This document shows, piece by piece, positions 23,170 through 37,123 of a stretch of DNA of 64,000 nt. This stretch comes from Eledone cirrhosa. Its lineage: Eukaryota. The first letter of the stretch is position 1. Each line of letters starts with the position of its first letter. The position numbers and the translations under genes are program-made. Under the pieces are notes generated by a model. It saw only the letters and a list, made by a program, of their open reading frames with translations. It was not told the origin of the DNA and searched no databases. The stretch is from assembly GCA_964016885.1 (NCBI GenBank), contig OZ024743.1, forward strand, positions 71,858,001 through 71,922,000. The letters run 5' to 3'.

Positions 23170-23510
23170 ACCGATACTCTGGGCATGTTGTTAGAATATC
23201 TCGGGAAAAATCGTTAGACAGATTTATTGGTCAAAACCAACCAACAGGAGTCCCAGAGGTAGACCCTGAGGTAGACCCAGAGGTAGACCAGAAGTAGACC
23301 CTGTGTAAAGTGGTTGAATGGCATCAATGAGCTTGGCTCGTCTCACTTTAGAATCCTGCTGGAGAATTTAATGAAGGTTGCTTATGACAGGACCCCCTGG
23401 AAGGAGTGTTTGAGGACTCTCTGCCCCCACCCGCCACGACACTCACAGGGATAGGGTGGAGAAGAAGAAGAAGAAGAAGAAGAAGAAGAAGAAGAAGAAG
23501 AAGAAGAAGA
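23170..23510 (+). mobile_element. RTE-type LINE 3' end with (GAA)n tail
   Basis: LGHVVRI...RPCVKWLNGI...KVAYDRTPWKECL then GAA repeats. Confidence 0.6.
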
Positions 23511-25794
23511 CGATGATGATGATTGTGGTGGTGATGGTGATGATGATGATGATCAGCAGCAGCCGCTACAGCAACAGTAACATCATCAACATCATCATCG
23601 TCATAATCTTTCAATCAGCATCATGAAAAATAATGTCCTCATCACCATAGATGTGTATCCTTACAGGTTTATGTATAGTTTGCTATGGTCCCGTAACTTC
23701 TGATGGAGTCGTAGGGGTCACGAGTTGACATACGACGTTTCCAGGGAATTTAAAAACCTGATGGAGCCCAGTCTTCTCCAGGTTTGAATATTGTAGAGTT
23801 CGCCACTGAGTAAAGATAGTGAGTGAGAGAAATACATTTAGAAAGAGGTACAGAGGAAGGATCGCCCCCAGTACAATACTGGTACTTATTTATCGACCTG
23901 AAATGGATGATAGACATAGTTGACCTCGGTGGGATTCGAATTCAGAAAGCAAAATCGGGAACGAATATCGCAAAGCCGTCTATACAACGTTCTAACGACT
24001 CTGCCATTTCACCACCTGAGAGAGTTATGTAAGATTTATCAAATGTGTTCCTCTTCTTTTTATGAAGGTATGCTTTGAGCGAGCTGTGACTGCTATTGTG
24101 TGTAACCTTAACAAAATGAGCTAGTCATCATTATGATGATGATCACCATCAATATCAATACCATCCTAGCCCTCTACTCCACTAAATCCATCTCCAGATC
24201 ATTCCACGAGTCCATGATTCACCCCACCGTCATCCTTTATAAACACACCGCTACTAAAATAATGGGAGACAACTTATATTTAAGGTACATTGTTTAAATG
24301 ATTTAAGGATTAATCGATTACTTCCTTACTGTGTCGGTCGCCGTTGAGATTTTCGGTGTCTTCAATCTCTAGACTGTCATTTCCCACCGTAAAATCGGGA
24401 GGAGTAGATCGAATTTAAAGAAGCTGACATGAGGTGGATTGGCTGATATAGCAGGTGTCACTGGCTGTCCTCTACACCAATGTGTACAACTGAGGTATAC
24501 AACTGAAATGCGGGGTACAATTGAGATGCGACACCCTGTCAAGGCTGTAGTGTTCATCCACTTCCCTTTTTATTTAAAAATGTTTCCTCTCCACCAATGT
24601 TTTAATTTCGATAGATTTTCTCAGATTTTATTTCAAGAACGTATGCTGGATTTCCATTTACATTTTGACTGAATAAAATGGAGGATCAACAAGCTGAAAA
24701 GTACATTTTCTCTTACATATTTCATATCAAAGAAGTTTGAGTGATAATTATATTTCATTACGCAGGTATTTCTCATAGCTTAAATATGAAGCAAAACACA
24801 TGAACTGCATTGTCACTCTGCGTCCAAGCACAAAGATGGACATTGTAGCTGTTGTATTTGTTATTTACCTCCAGGATAGAGAAGCCATAGTATTGTATGC
24901 ATTTCAGCAATGATAACACAGTCATTCAAATAACATCGGACTACGTTGCATTAGATATACTTTTGTATAACAATAGTATGTCGAGAATCGTAATTAATGT
25001 CATTTCGCCGACTATAAAGTTAGTTTTCCTATTGGCTCAGCGAGCTATCAGTGATGTTATATGCTTGCAATACACATACTGTTGCAAATGCAGGGGTAAA
25101 CAAGTTAGCGTTCATATTTTATATAATATTAACTATACGAATGACATAACAGTTTAAGAAGAGCCTTGACATATGGAATACTATATTAAGAATTACGTAA
25201 ATATTTTGGATTTGAGGGTTCAGGAATGTTTGTAATGTGAGGTTACAAAATTCAGAATGAAATCGAAATAATCATTGATCCCATACATTTCTGAAAGTAA
25301 TGAGGACAAGGAGCAACATGTAATATTGTGGGAAGTAAATATCTACAATATCAACAAAAAGACGTTTATATCTACTTCCAGCTGTCACAGTGACAATTGT
25401 CTTGTTGGAATCTTCACTGAGTGCCAGATATATGGTTTCATGTGTTTATTCAGTATAACATAGTTGCAATGTTTCGGAAGATGTCAGTAGGTTAATATAA
25501 TTTCCCTATTCCATTTCTAAATATACTTTCAGACAATGGGATAACACTTCAATCAATGGTTTACCAAATATCCTTCCTTTTCTCTGGACCATCCTTGTTT
25601 GTCATATCTCTTCCATATCATCCAGTCCATTTCCTCTTTTCTATTTATTCTCACCTGATATCTTCCCACTATTACATTCGGTTTCAGTTGTATGGCTTCT
25701 GATGATTTTTGTATGACTTGTTATGTCCCCCTTCTCTTACTGATTTTATATATATAAATTACAGAATAATCAAAACTATGTTCAAAACATTTTA

Positions 25795-25841
25795 TGCTGA
25801 CAATCGTTTCTTCCAAACTTTAGTATGGAATCATCGGAGTA
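25795..25841 (-). ncRNA. Minimal hammerhead, CCGAUGA core variant
   Basis: TACT-CCGATGA-TTCCA tactaaagtt TGGAA-GAAA-CGATTG-TC-AGCA. Confidence 0.7.
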
Positions 25842-25989
25842 CTAGCAAAGTTTAGATATATAACTAACCTCCTATTCCACAGAACAATCGTAAAGATACG
25901 CAGATGTTGGTGTTGTTATTAACAGTGTCATATTTAAACAGTGAAGATGATTTGGTCAGTATCAGTGGATGCTACAAAAATTATAAAAT

Positions 25990-26172
25990 AATTTTTTCTA
26001 CATTTGGCACAAGGCCAGCAATTATCCCAGTATATTACTGGTACTTTATTTTATCGACCCCGTAGGGATGAAAGGCAAAGTTAACCTCGGCGGGATTTGA
26101 ACTTAGACCATAAAGGGCCGTAACTCTTTGCTGCAAAGCATGGCATCTGACCCTCTACCGATACTGCCAATT
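25990..26172 (-). mobile_element. Octopus-type tRNA-derived SINE
   Basis: Conserved core; A-box TGGCAGTATCGG and B-box GTTCAAATCC on the minus strand. Confidence 0.85.
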
Positions 26173-26630
26173 AAAATAATACAACAAATATAGAGGAATT
26201 AAAGAAGAAAGTTACTCGCAAAACGAGGACATTAGAAGTACATATGCAAGCGTATAGAACTAGTGCAGATGTGTCAGGCATGTACAGAAAAACCAGGTAA
26301 GAAACAAGCAATGGTACTAAGCATATATATCACAGTATGGCAAAGTGATTACATAATACAATACTGGTGTAAAACCATATTAAGCAGACAGAGATGCTTG
26401 GGTATGAAAAGCAGTTTCCATGAAGTTTATGGTGGATGCAATGTGATAATTGTTCCGGTAATGTTCAAATGTGCATGTTATGAGTATTAATATTAAGGTT
26501 TTCCTTTCCATTACATTGTTTTGATTATTCTGTAATTTATATTCCGGCTATTTTTCTTACTGATAATAAGGTGGTAATGAATTACTGGCCTTTCCTGTTT
26601 ATAATTATATATAGTGTATATATAAGTATA

Positions 26631-26710
<80 letters not shown>

Positions 26711-26932
26711 AATAAGGGCGCTGCGGAGTTGCAAATGGGTTACATATGAAAAAAGTTTATATATATATGTATGTGTGTGTGTGTATGTATATATATTTAT
26801 ATATATATATATATATGGTAGGTAATTCCGAAGGAAAGGCAAATGAAAAAAGAGTGCTCTATGTATAGAATAGAGCTATTTAATTAGAAAGTGAACACCA
26901 CAAGATAATTTAGAAAGCACAAGATATAGCTA

Positions 26933-27000
26933 CTCCATTACCAAAGGTTTCTGGATCCCAGACAATATTAAGATACGTCTGGATCGCGCATCAGACAGAG
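26933..27000 (-). ncRNA. Hammerhead with one core substitution
   Basis: CTCTGT-CTGATGC-..GATCCAGAC...GTCTGGGATC..-GAAA-CCTTTGG-TA-ATGGAG. Confidence 0.6.
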
Positions 27001-27362
27001 ATGTTATGGATAAGAAACATTAGAATGAGACTTAAAATCTGTTAAAAATTGGAAGTGAAGCTGGAAAAATAACGGGAGATATACATAAGAAAAGAAGGGT
27101 AAGAAAAATAAATATATACATACATATATATATAAATATATATACATATATAGACAGTCGATTGACTTTCGTCAAATCGGACCGAGGAAACAATTTTACG
27201 TTGGTCTTTGAAATTGCTAATACTCTCCATCGGTCGCAACTCCAGGTAGTTGGGGGAACGTGAAATAAAGTGTCGTGTCCCAAGGACACAACGCATCACT
27301 CGGTCCGGGAATCTAACTCACAATCTCAGGATTGCAAATTCCAATACTCTAGCTACATGCCT

Positions 27363-27393
<31 letters not shown>

Positions 27394-27529
27394 TTTAATA
27401 TTTTATCTTGACTCTGTATTCCGTTTATATTTCACCGAAAGTGAGTTTTGAATGCATCTCTTCTTTTCATGATATCCGGATTACATTGAGTTCTTCATAC
27501 GGATTGGACACTACCGTAAACTTTTGGTA

Positions 27530-27690
<161 letters not shown>

Positions 27691-27737
27691 TGTTATACTT
27701 GGGGTGGGTCATATTTATATAATAATATTGCCAGAAT

Positions 27738-27790
<53 letters not shown>

Positions 27791-27923
27791 CTATATATAT
27801 ATATATAACTATATATATATATATATATATATGTAGGAGGTGAGTTTTATTGTAGTACAATAAAGCAATGCAGATATCGGATAAGAAGCACTCTACTGTT
27901 TGTAGGACTGGAGTATGCATAAT

Positions 27924-28405
27924 ATAAGATCAAAAGATGGTTAAAGGAGTTCCATGTATTTTATTATGCGCATTTCAAAAACAAACATCATCATGCAATA
28001 ATATTTGTGTTTTCATCAGATAAAACAGGAGAACATGATATGAAGGCTAAAAAACACTTGAGGATAGTGCAGTTTTAAATCTACATATGAAAAGTGGTTT
28101 TAGATTGATGCGTGATATTGGGAAAAATATTTTATTTAGAGAGGGGGGGGATGAAAAAGGGGGACGAGATGAGAGGGAGAGATGGGTAAAAATAAAATAT
28201 TTTTCCCAATATCACACATCAATCTAAAACCACTTTTCATATGTAGATTTAAAACTGCACTATCCACAAGTGTTTTTTAGCCTTCATATCATGTTCTCCT
28301 GTTTTATCTGATGAAAACACAAATATTATTGCATGATGATGTTTGTTTTTGAAATGCGCATAATAAAATACATGGAACTCCTTTAACCATCTTTTGATCT
28401 TATAT
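27924..28405. repeat. About 215 bp near-perfect inverted repeat with an intact HHR in each arm (27959-28025 minus, 28302-28368 plus)
   Basis: TTTTAT-CTGATGA-[AAACACAAATAT...ATGTTTGTTTTT]-GAAA-TGCGCA-TA-ATAAAA. Confidence 0.9.
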
Positions 28406-28795
28406 TATATATATATATATATAAATGAAAATTAGAGTTAAAACTCCAATTGAAACCCTGTAACTATTAAGCTCCAAGTATAAAATACTGAGCCGTATAA
28501 TAATATATATGCAGTAAGAAACACAGTAAACCGTGTGTCTAATATTACAAGGGTTGAAAAACCACATTTGTTTGAAATATTTAACCAAGAAGCAGACAGA
28601 ATGATAAAATAAAAATATATTAATTTTCATTTATATTTCTGCTCCCTCACAAGTCGAGCTTATTAAGTTGTGTGTGTTGGACTGTTGTTTCTATTCAATG
28701 CACGCTTATCACGTTTGACTAGCGGCGCACGGCGTGATAAATTTCATCTTTCTGTGTGAACGTTGGTACATAGTGTTTGGTGCATTTAATCAGAT

Positions 28796-28876
28796 TCTCT
28801 CGCTGATGATGCCTAAGGATTATCTGTTACAAACACACTCAGGGCGAAACAGATTAGGGATAATCTGTCCGAGAGA
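28796..28876 (+). ncRNA. Canonical type I hammerhead with stable stem III
   Basis: TCTCTCG-CTGATGA-t-GCC...GGC-GAAA-CAGATTA ggga TAATCTG-TC-CGAGAGA; inside a fold-back with arms about 28504-28562 and 28929-28987. Confidence 0.9.
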
Positions 28877-28979
28877 TAAAATGGTTATTGAGGCGGTTTG
28901 TATAATAATATATTTTTATTTTATAATTTTTTTCAACCCTTGAAATATTAGACACACAGTTTACTGTGTTTCTTACTGC

Positions 28980-29016
<37 letters not shown>

Positions 29017-29101
29017 CTATTATATATATAACTATTATATATATAACTATATATATATATATAACTATATATATATATATATATATAACTATATATATAT
29101 A

Positions 29102-29142
<41 letters not shown>

Positions 29143-29148
<6 letters not shown>

Positions 29149-30033
29149 GGAAAAAATGAAATGAAATTTCATTTCTCACTCTTAGTACGGCCGTTTCTTA
29201 AATATAAGTATGAACACGTACATACATATATGTATACAGACGTACAGTAGTATGTATATATATATAAATACATGCACACATATATATATATGTACGTATG
29301 GATTCACCGAGCATTTATCATAATACTCGGTATGTTTGTAAACAAACATCCCGAATTAAGCCGTACAGTGTCTAGCAACAATCGTTGCTCATTTGTTCAA
29401 CACTGATAAAGGAACGTTGTACTAGTTTCAAGCTTATTAGCTATCGTCAGCAACGTATACCTTCCTGCCAGATGGTTGAACGTCTGAAAGTATATACTTT
29501 CCTTATGCATATTAACGGCTGAGTAGCCTAATTTGCATATCGAGTGAGTTAATCGGCCGGGTTACCGAAAACGATAAACGGAAAAAATGAAACGAAATTT
29601 CATCTCTCACTCTTACTACGGCTGTTACTTAAATATAAGTATGTATACGTACATACATATATGTATACAGACGTACAGTAGTATGTATATATATATATAC
29701 ATACATGCACACATATATATATGTACGTATGGATTCACCGAACATTTATTATAATGCTCGGTGTGTTTGTAAACAAACATCCCGAATTAAGCCGTACAGT
29801 GTCTAGCAACCATCGTTGATCATTTGTTCAACACTGACAAAGGAACGCTGTACTAGTTTCAAGCTTATTAGCTATCGTCAGCAACATATACCTCCCTGTC
29901 AGATGGTTGAACGTCTGAAAGTATATACTTTTCTTATGCATATTAACGGCTGAGCAGCCTAATTTGCATATCGAGTGAGTTAATCGACCGGGTACCGAAA
30001 ACAATAAACGGAAACAATGAAACGAAATTTCAT
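29143..30033 (-). repeat. Tandem 431 bp units (about 2.07 copies), one HHR per unit (29414-29456, 29845-29887)
   Basis: Unit starts 29143, 29574, 30004; ACGTTG-CTGACGA-tAGCT aata AGCTt-GAAA-CTAG-TA-CAACGT. Confidence 0.9.
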
Positions 30034-30062
30034 TGATTGGTGGCCAGGATGAAAGGGATTTA

Positions 30063-30245
30063 TTGGCCTGTAGTGTATGTGGGGGTGGATGTGATGATAA
30101 GATGGTGGTGACGGTCGCTGGCTGCGATGGGCTGAGGTGTGGTGGTGGCGGATTGGCTTTGGCCTGCAGTGTATGTGGGGGTGGATGTGATGATAAGATG
30201 GTGGTGACGGTCGCTGACTGGGATGGGCTGTGGTGTGGGGGTAGT
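30063..30245. repeat. 96 bp tandem duplication
   Basis: TTGGCCTG.AGTGTATGTGGGGGTGG at 30063 and 30159. Confidence 0.8.
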
Positions 30246-30725
30246 GGGTCGTCGGTAGATGGGTTGGCGTGTGTGGGTGTGGTTGTGGTGTTGTTGTTTA
30301 TGGTAGTGGCGTTTGTAGTGGTGTGGTGGATGTGTCGGTGGTGTCGAATCCATGGGGAGATACATACCTAGACACTCTTAGTCTGACAAATACGTTGTAT
30401 ATATATATATACATGCGCATATATACTGATATATATATATATATACATACGTACACACTTATATACACACGCATACACGCGCCCACATAGATCCACACAT
30501 ACTTATATTTAAATGCATATACACACACATGTATGTGCATGCGCGCGTGTGGGTATATATAGAGAGAGTGGGGGAGTATCGGTGGGAGTGGCGTAGAACA
30601 AAGATAGAGGGAAGGTGAGAGCCAATGGAGATGGTGTTGTAAATATAGACATACACATACACACACACATACGGATATGCACACATACACGTACACACAC
30701 GTATACGTAAACATACACATACACA

Positions 30726-30845
<120 letters not shown>

Positions 30846-31649
30846 CATATACATATATGTATACGCACATATATATAACAAATACTTACACACAGACACA
30901 CACACTTGCGTTGGTTCGTGAGGGAAGGTATGTTTTGGCGGTGTTGATGAAGTTAATGAATGTTGAGATATGGAGTTGTGCCTTGTGGTGGAGTTGTGAG
31001 CGACAAAAATATACAGGATCGAATAATACGATGGGTTACAGGTTAAAAGGTGACATAGGGAACGGGGGGGGGGGCGGTTATGGAGGTATAGCGATGTGTG
31101 TTGTGGTGGTGGTGGTGGTGGTGGTGCTGGGTTGATATGTTCAACAAAATGATTACATGATCAGATGTTACGGTGGGTTACAGGGTAAGGCAGACGGAGG
31201 GCGGATATAACACAGTCGATCTGGGAGTGAGGGATGATATATGTTGATGATGTTAATGATGTTAATGATTGTTGAAGTATGTGGATGTATCTAGTGGTGG
31301 CGGTGGTGGAATTTAGCGTGAGGTTGTAGGTTAGGGTAGAACATGAGGGAATAAGTTTACGGGTGTGGGTGGTAGACATATGCCGATTTGGGCTGTGGTG
31401 GCGATGGTGTGATATGATCGACATTATATTTACTGGATCAGATGTTACTATGGTTTGCAAGGTAAAACCTGACAGTGTTGCAAGGATGAGGGATGTATGG
31501 CGATGTGATTTTTGGTGGGGGTAATGTATGCGGCATGATATACAAAATACGGGCTTACAAATGGTTACATGCAATACAATAAAATAAATTCCCTGAGATG
31601 GGCGATGGTGAGACGGGTCAGAGGTGGTTATTATTATGCTGGGTCATTG

Positions 31650-32364
31650 TTAGTGTGCGGCCCTCCCCCGAATATTTGTGCGGAAAATGTGTTCAGCCTG
31701 TCTACAATTGACAATTATGTCCGACCTATAGTTTATGGAAAATTTTAATTTAATTATTTCTGCCGCCTCAGCCAGGCATGACCTGCAGTTGTTTCTGTCA
31801 ATGGGGAGTTGTGCCACGCGTCTTTTCACTGACCACGAGATCTGGGGTTCGATGTTCCTGTCCTTGAGGTCCCAGATCAAATCGGCCAGTCTGGTTTGGG
31901 ATCGTTTCAGCCTATGTTTAAAGAAACTACTATGGTTATACCAGCGCTCCTTAAACGTAGTGGATGTCGCACCTATATATGAGTCTCTTTATTGCCGGCT
32001 GTGACATCACACCGGTAAACAATGTTTTTAACGAGGCACTCCCCGTTTAGTGGGCATTCGGCCCGGTTTTGCAGTTTCAGTTGGGTGTAACCAGTGTGAT
32101 GGCACGTTGGCGGTTGGTGGCATGCGGTGTGGATCTGGTATGTCGGTTGTTGTGTTGTGTGTGTGGTTTCGTTCTGGATTGTGGTGGTGGTTTGTTGTGG
32201 AGCAACCATGTGTTTTCTTATTTTTGTCCTCTTAGTGTGGGCTATTGTGTGGCCTAGATTTGGTGATGTTGAGAAAGATAATTTTACAGTGTGTCTATTG
32301 AAGAGCTTGTGTTATTTATGTGTGGGTGGAAAAGATTGGTCGAGAGCCCTGAAGAAGGTTCCCG
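31650..32364 (-). mobile_element. PLE family B-like GIY-YIG remnant
   Basis: FFRALDQSFP...LFNRHTVKLSFSTSPN; CPLNGECLVKNIVYRC; YIGATSTTFKERWYNH; CRSCLAEA. Confidence 0.85.
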
Positions 32365-32524
32365 GTATATATATATATAGGAAGGAATTGTGGTAAGGAA
32401 CCAGATGGACCATAACGCACCAGAGTAGTCAATACTTAGGGTAGTAGAGTGGGTAATAGGAAAAAAGAGTCCAAGAATAGCCGTCGAAACGGCTTGCGGT
32501 CTGCCGTCGGGGTCATACTTTTTC

Positions 32525-32556
<32 letters not shown>

Positions 32557-32834
32557 GCACACATATATGTATGTATGTGTGCGTGTGTGTGTCTGTGTTT
32601 GTGTGTAATATTGAAACGAAGTCATTGGAAGGACCGATACACCTTGGACCGTTTTTCAATCATTCAATGCTTTAATTAAGCCAGCATCATTGACGTGCCA
32701 AGCAAAATGGAACGCAAAGAGGACAACAATGAGTTAAATATTGAGAGAAACGATTTCATGTGGGTAGACGTCAGCATCCAACACTTGACATAAAAAGACA
32801 CCCACACGCAAACACATGCAAACCTAAACAACAT

Positions 32835-32905
<71 letters not shown>

Positions 32906-33096
32906 ATAATAATAAATTTGAAGACTAAAATCCAAAGAGGGCTCGATAAGGATAAATATATATCAAATATATAAGAACCGTAGAGCAAATATTTATTAAA
33001 ATAACAGATTAAAGTTTAAGCAAAGAATCGCTGCTTATATATATATATATATTTGAAAAAAAGGAAAGAATGACTTCACTTGTAGTTCTAAATAAT

Positions 33097-33283
33097 TGTT
33101 TCTATTTTAGGCACAAGGCCACCAATTACCCAGTACATTACTGGTACTTTATTTTATCGACCCCGTAAGGATGAAAGGCAAAGTTAACCTCGGCGGGATT
33201 TGAACTTAGATCATAAATGGACGTAATTCTATGCTTCAAAGCATGGTGTCTGACTCTCTACCGATACTGCCAATCCACCGCCC
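33097..33283 (-). mobile_element. Full-length octopus-type SINE with 14 bp target-site duplication
   Basis: TAGTTCTAAATAAT at 33083-33096 and 33284-33297. Confidence 0.9.
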
Positions 33284-33766
33284 TAGTTCTAAATAATATT
33301 GGAATGGAACAGGCAGGTGGCTACTTTTCAAACACCTTTCTTAAAAACTCTTATCTTGCTGTCAACTTTCACCATTTTCTGTGTGTATATATGTATGTAT
33401 GTGTGTGTGTGCGGGTATGTGTGTATGCTTTAATTCCTTTAAATCTTCAACACTCCTTCACTCCCACACTCATTAACACCACACACTAGACACACCCTAA
33501 TCTCTCTTATATATAGAGTCACACATCTCAACACAACCTGATCTCAGTTTGACAATCGCCACCGACCAATGCGAGAAAGTTCTCCAAGAAAGTTAACCAG
33601 GAATCTTTAAAATTCTTCCCACGGAAGTTAACAATGAACTTACTAGATCTACCAACTCATAATATTATAATATAAAATTAAATCAAATTATTTAACACTA
33701 CAAGTGAAGTCATTCTTTTCGTTTTCTTCAAATATACCTAACTGTACCAAGGATCTTACACATTTT

Positions 33767-33813
<47 letters not shown>

Positions 33814-33925
33814 AAATCCGATTCCAAGTAATACTCTATCGGCAGTTGACGCCATTCGTCTCGTGAACAACAAAGTGAATATCAAACAACGCTTGATACT
33901 GGTTTATAAAATGATATGCCCACTT

Positions 33926-33960
<35 letters not shown>

Positions 33961-33965
<5 letters not shown>

Positions 33966-34535
33966 CAGGAAAGAAGGTTTACATGGTTTGCTATACAATA
34001 AAGTTTTTAATCACATAGCTTACATTTGTTTCACTGAACTGGTATGTCTAGAGATCGCTATTCGCTTAATTTTGCGTTACTCGATCGCCAATACAGAATT
34101 ATAACCAGTCAGATCTTCGGAGCATGCGAGAATGAAGAAAATACACAGGCAAGAAAAGAAAAGAAAATACAGGCTACTATATGAAGTAGTAATGGCATTC
34201 AATTAGAACAATAACAACAATTACAACAATGCTATCAATAAATTATTTACCCACAGAAATATATTCATTAAGTATACTATATCCTTCACAAGTCTATACC
34301 ACACAATTGTCTGTAAGTACCTCATCTACCAACAATCTTACTCCTTCTCAGCTGCTGCCATCATTTGATCCTAAATCCTAGATTTTCTCATTTCACTACT
34401 ACAATGTTACTTTACCTTCTTTTTGCCATAATTACAATTAGCACGCTTATCTCTTTGCATGTATGTATATTTTTGTACGAGTGTATATTGATGTGTATGT
34501 ATGTGTCTATGTACACATGCATGTGTATATATGCG

Positions 34536-34574
<39 letters not shown>

Positions 34575-35275
34575 ATGTGTGTGTGTGTATGCGTAAATAT
34601 ATGCGTATATTAATTCGTTAACCTCTGTATTAACTCAACAACTATTTAGCTTTGACAGTGGTCCCACTCATGTATACTGTTGAAGATGAAGAGAGAGACT
34701 GTAAAAACTAGCTCATCTTTATAATTTAAAATTGATATACACTACGATACTTTGTACATGCCAACGCTTCATTTTGCCTTATGACAGCTAGTTTTACACG
34801 CCGTAACATTAGATACATTATATACCCCCCACTTAAGTAATGTCAGGGTCTCCTTAAATAATTTATTGATAGCATTGTTGTAATTGTTGTTATTGTTCTA
34901 ATTGAATGCCATTACTACTTCATATAGTAGCCTGTATTTTCTTTTCTTTTCTTGCCTGTGTATTTTCTTCATTCTCGCATGCTCCGAAGATCTGACTGGT
35001 TATAATTCTGTATTGGCGATCGAGTAACGCAAAATTAAGCGAATAGCGATCTCTAGACATACCAGTTCAGTGAAACAAATGTAAGCTATGTGATTAAAAA
35101 CTTTTTTGTATAGCAAACCATGTAAACCTTCTTTCCTGATTTATTATTACTCCAAGTGTTTACAACATAGGAATTACGGCATACCCGCAGCATCACTATG
35201 AAAACGCCTTGTTGAGTCAAACCATAACTGGACTTCACCTAAGTGGACTGCATTTAACTATTATTTGTTAATCCG

Positions 35276-35277
<2 letters not shown>
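33961..35277. repeat. Fold-back insertion (arms about 33961-34248 and 34857-35143) with a HHR in each arm (34014-34126 minus, 34978-35090 plus)
   Basis: CATGCT-CCGAAGA-[CTGACTGGT...ACCAGTTCAG]-GAAA-CAAATG-TA-AGCTATG; paralogue of 6569-7297. Confidence 0.85.
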
Positions 35278-35321
<44 letters not shown>

Positions 35322-35324
35322 GCC

Positions 35325-35545
35325 CACCAGGCTGGAGCTTATCCCGGTTTCTCACGTGAAGCGACTGAGAGTACAAGACTTCCCACTCGACAGGATGCCA
35401 GTACATCACAGGGTTAAAATCTTGCTACTGGTGATACAAAATTTCAGCTGAGTATACTGGAGCAACGTAAAATGAAGTGTCTTGCTCAAGAAAATAACAC
35501 ACAAATCAGGCCTGGATGCAAACTCAGGGCATTATAATGGTAGGC
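35325..35545 (-). mobile_element. Second SINE family (Deu/Nin-domain-like), degraded; related pieces at 27240-27365 and 47810-47912
   Basis: Shared CTGGAGCAACGT.AAATGAAGTGTCTTGCTCAAG motif. Confidence 0.55.
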
Positions 35546-35902
35546 CCACTAGCCCACACGCCTCCACACACACACATATATATACATATATACATACACT
35601 GTCTAAACCTTTGCTTCTCTCTACCACATTTATTGTATCTATAATCTTATATCTATAGTATAAATATCTCTGTAACTTATGTTTAACCAATTCTAATGTA
35701 GAACATTTTTACAACCAACTCGCCTAATTGTACAACTCGTTTTATCTCTTTCTTCCCAACATTGTGTCTTTCCATTTCCTTCTATTGCATTCATATCCTA
35801 TACGGTGCTTTTCCATTTCTCTGTCTCTTCACTCAGTCTTGATCCAAAGTTATTCTTTCATTTACATGCTATCTACTCTCTCTCTCCACATATATATATA
35901 TG

Positions 35903-35980
<78 letters not shown>

Positions 35981-36507
35981 GAGGTATCCACTGTAAGTTG
36001 CGGGGTCTATTCTGTATGAAGAACTCAATGTAATCCATATGTTGGAAATGTTGTAGGTTAAGATAAATCTCAGAAAACAATAAAACATTAAAAGGAAAAC
36101 AGAGTCATGATATAAGTTAAAACAATGAAATAAAAAAATCAAGTCATTAGAGATATTCTTCACTGCTTTACGATCGTGTCTAGAAACGATCGTAAAGCAG
36201 TGAAGTATATCTCTAATGACTTGATTTTTTATTTCATTGTTTTAACTTATATATATATATACACACACACACATATATACACACACGCACACACACATAT
36301 ATGTATATATATATATATATATATCGTTGCTGAAATTGTTTAGCAAGATTCTTTATCTGTGTTGAAATTTATAATTTAATTTATAATAAATTGGAGTGAA
36401 AGCTACTGGTGCGTGTGTTTCTAATTGGCAACATGACCCTCCCAAAATATAACAATATATATATAAATATATATGTATATATATATATGTATATATATAT
36501 TTGTATA

Positions 36508-36998
36508 GGCATACGTCAAAACGGCCGGTCTCAAAAGTGAAACTAATTGTTGACAGTTACGTACACGTTATAAGAGTTATTTAAGTTTATATATATAAAA
36601 TAAAGGAGCAAATAAGAGCATGATATGAAGTCAGTCATGTGTGTGTGTGTATATATGTGTGTGTGTGTATATATGTGTGTGTGTGTGTAAACGAATGTAA
36701 AAGTACACACACATATACACTTATATATGCACACATACACACTATAATATATACACGTGTGTGTGTATATATGTGTGTGTGTGTAAAATTCTAGGAAACC
36801 TTCTCTATGCCCTACATATATTCTTTTACATTCGTTTACACGCACACACAGATATATACACACACACATGACTGACTTCATATCATGCTCTTATTTGGTC
36901 CTTTATTTTATATATATAAATTTAAATAACTCTTATAACATGTACGTAACTGTCAAAAATTAGTTTCACTTTTGAGACCGGCCGTTTTGACGTATGCC
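36508..36998. repeat. Fold-back insertion in (TA)n/(TG)n
   Basis: GGCATACGTCAAAACGGCCGG... versus ...CCGGCCGTTTTGACGTATGCC. Confidence 0.85.
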
Positions 36999-37017
36999 AT
37001 TTGTATATATATATATA

Positions 37018-37123
<106 letters not shown>

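Noticed and set aside
22833-23614. Met-, His- and Leu-rich ORFs
   Set aside because: Arise from (CAT)n, (GAA)n and (GAT)n repeats
24300-24570. Possible L2/CR1 RT relic on the minus strand
   Set aside because: No intact catalytic motif; resemblance too vague
30033-30371. Cys/Gly-rich ORF with repeated CSVCGGGC
   Set aside because: Product of a 96 bp duplication in GT-rich antisense PLE 3' UTR; no domain or splice support
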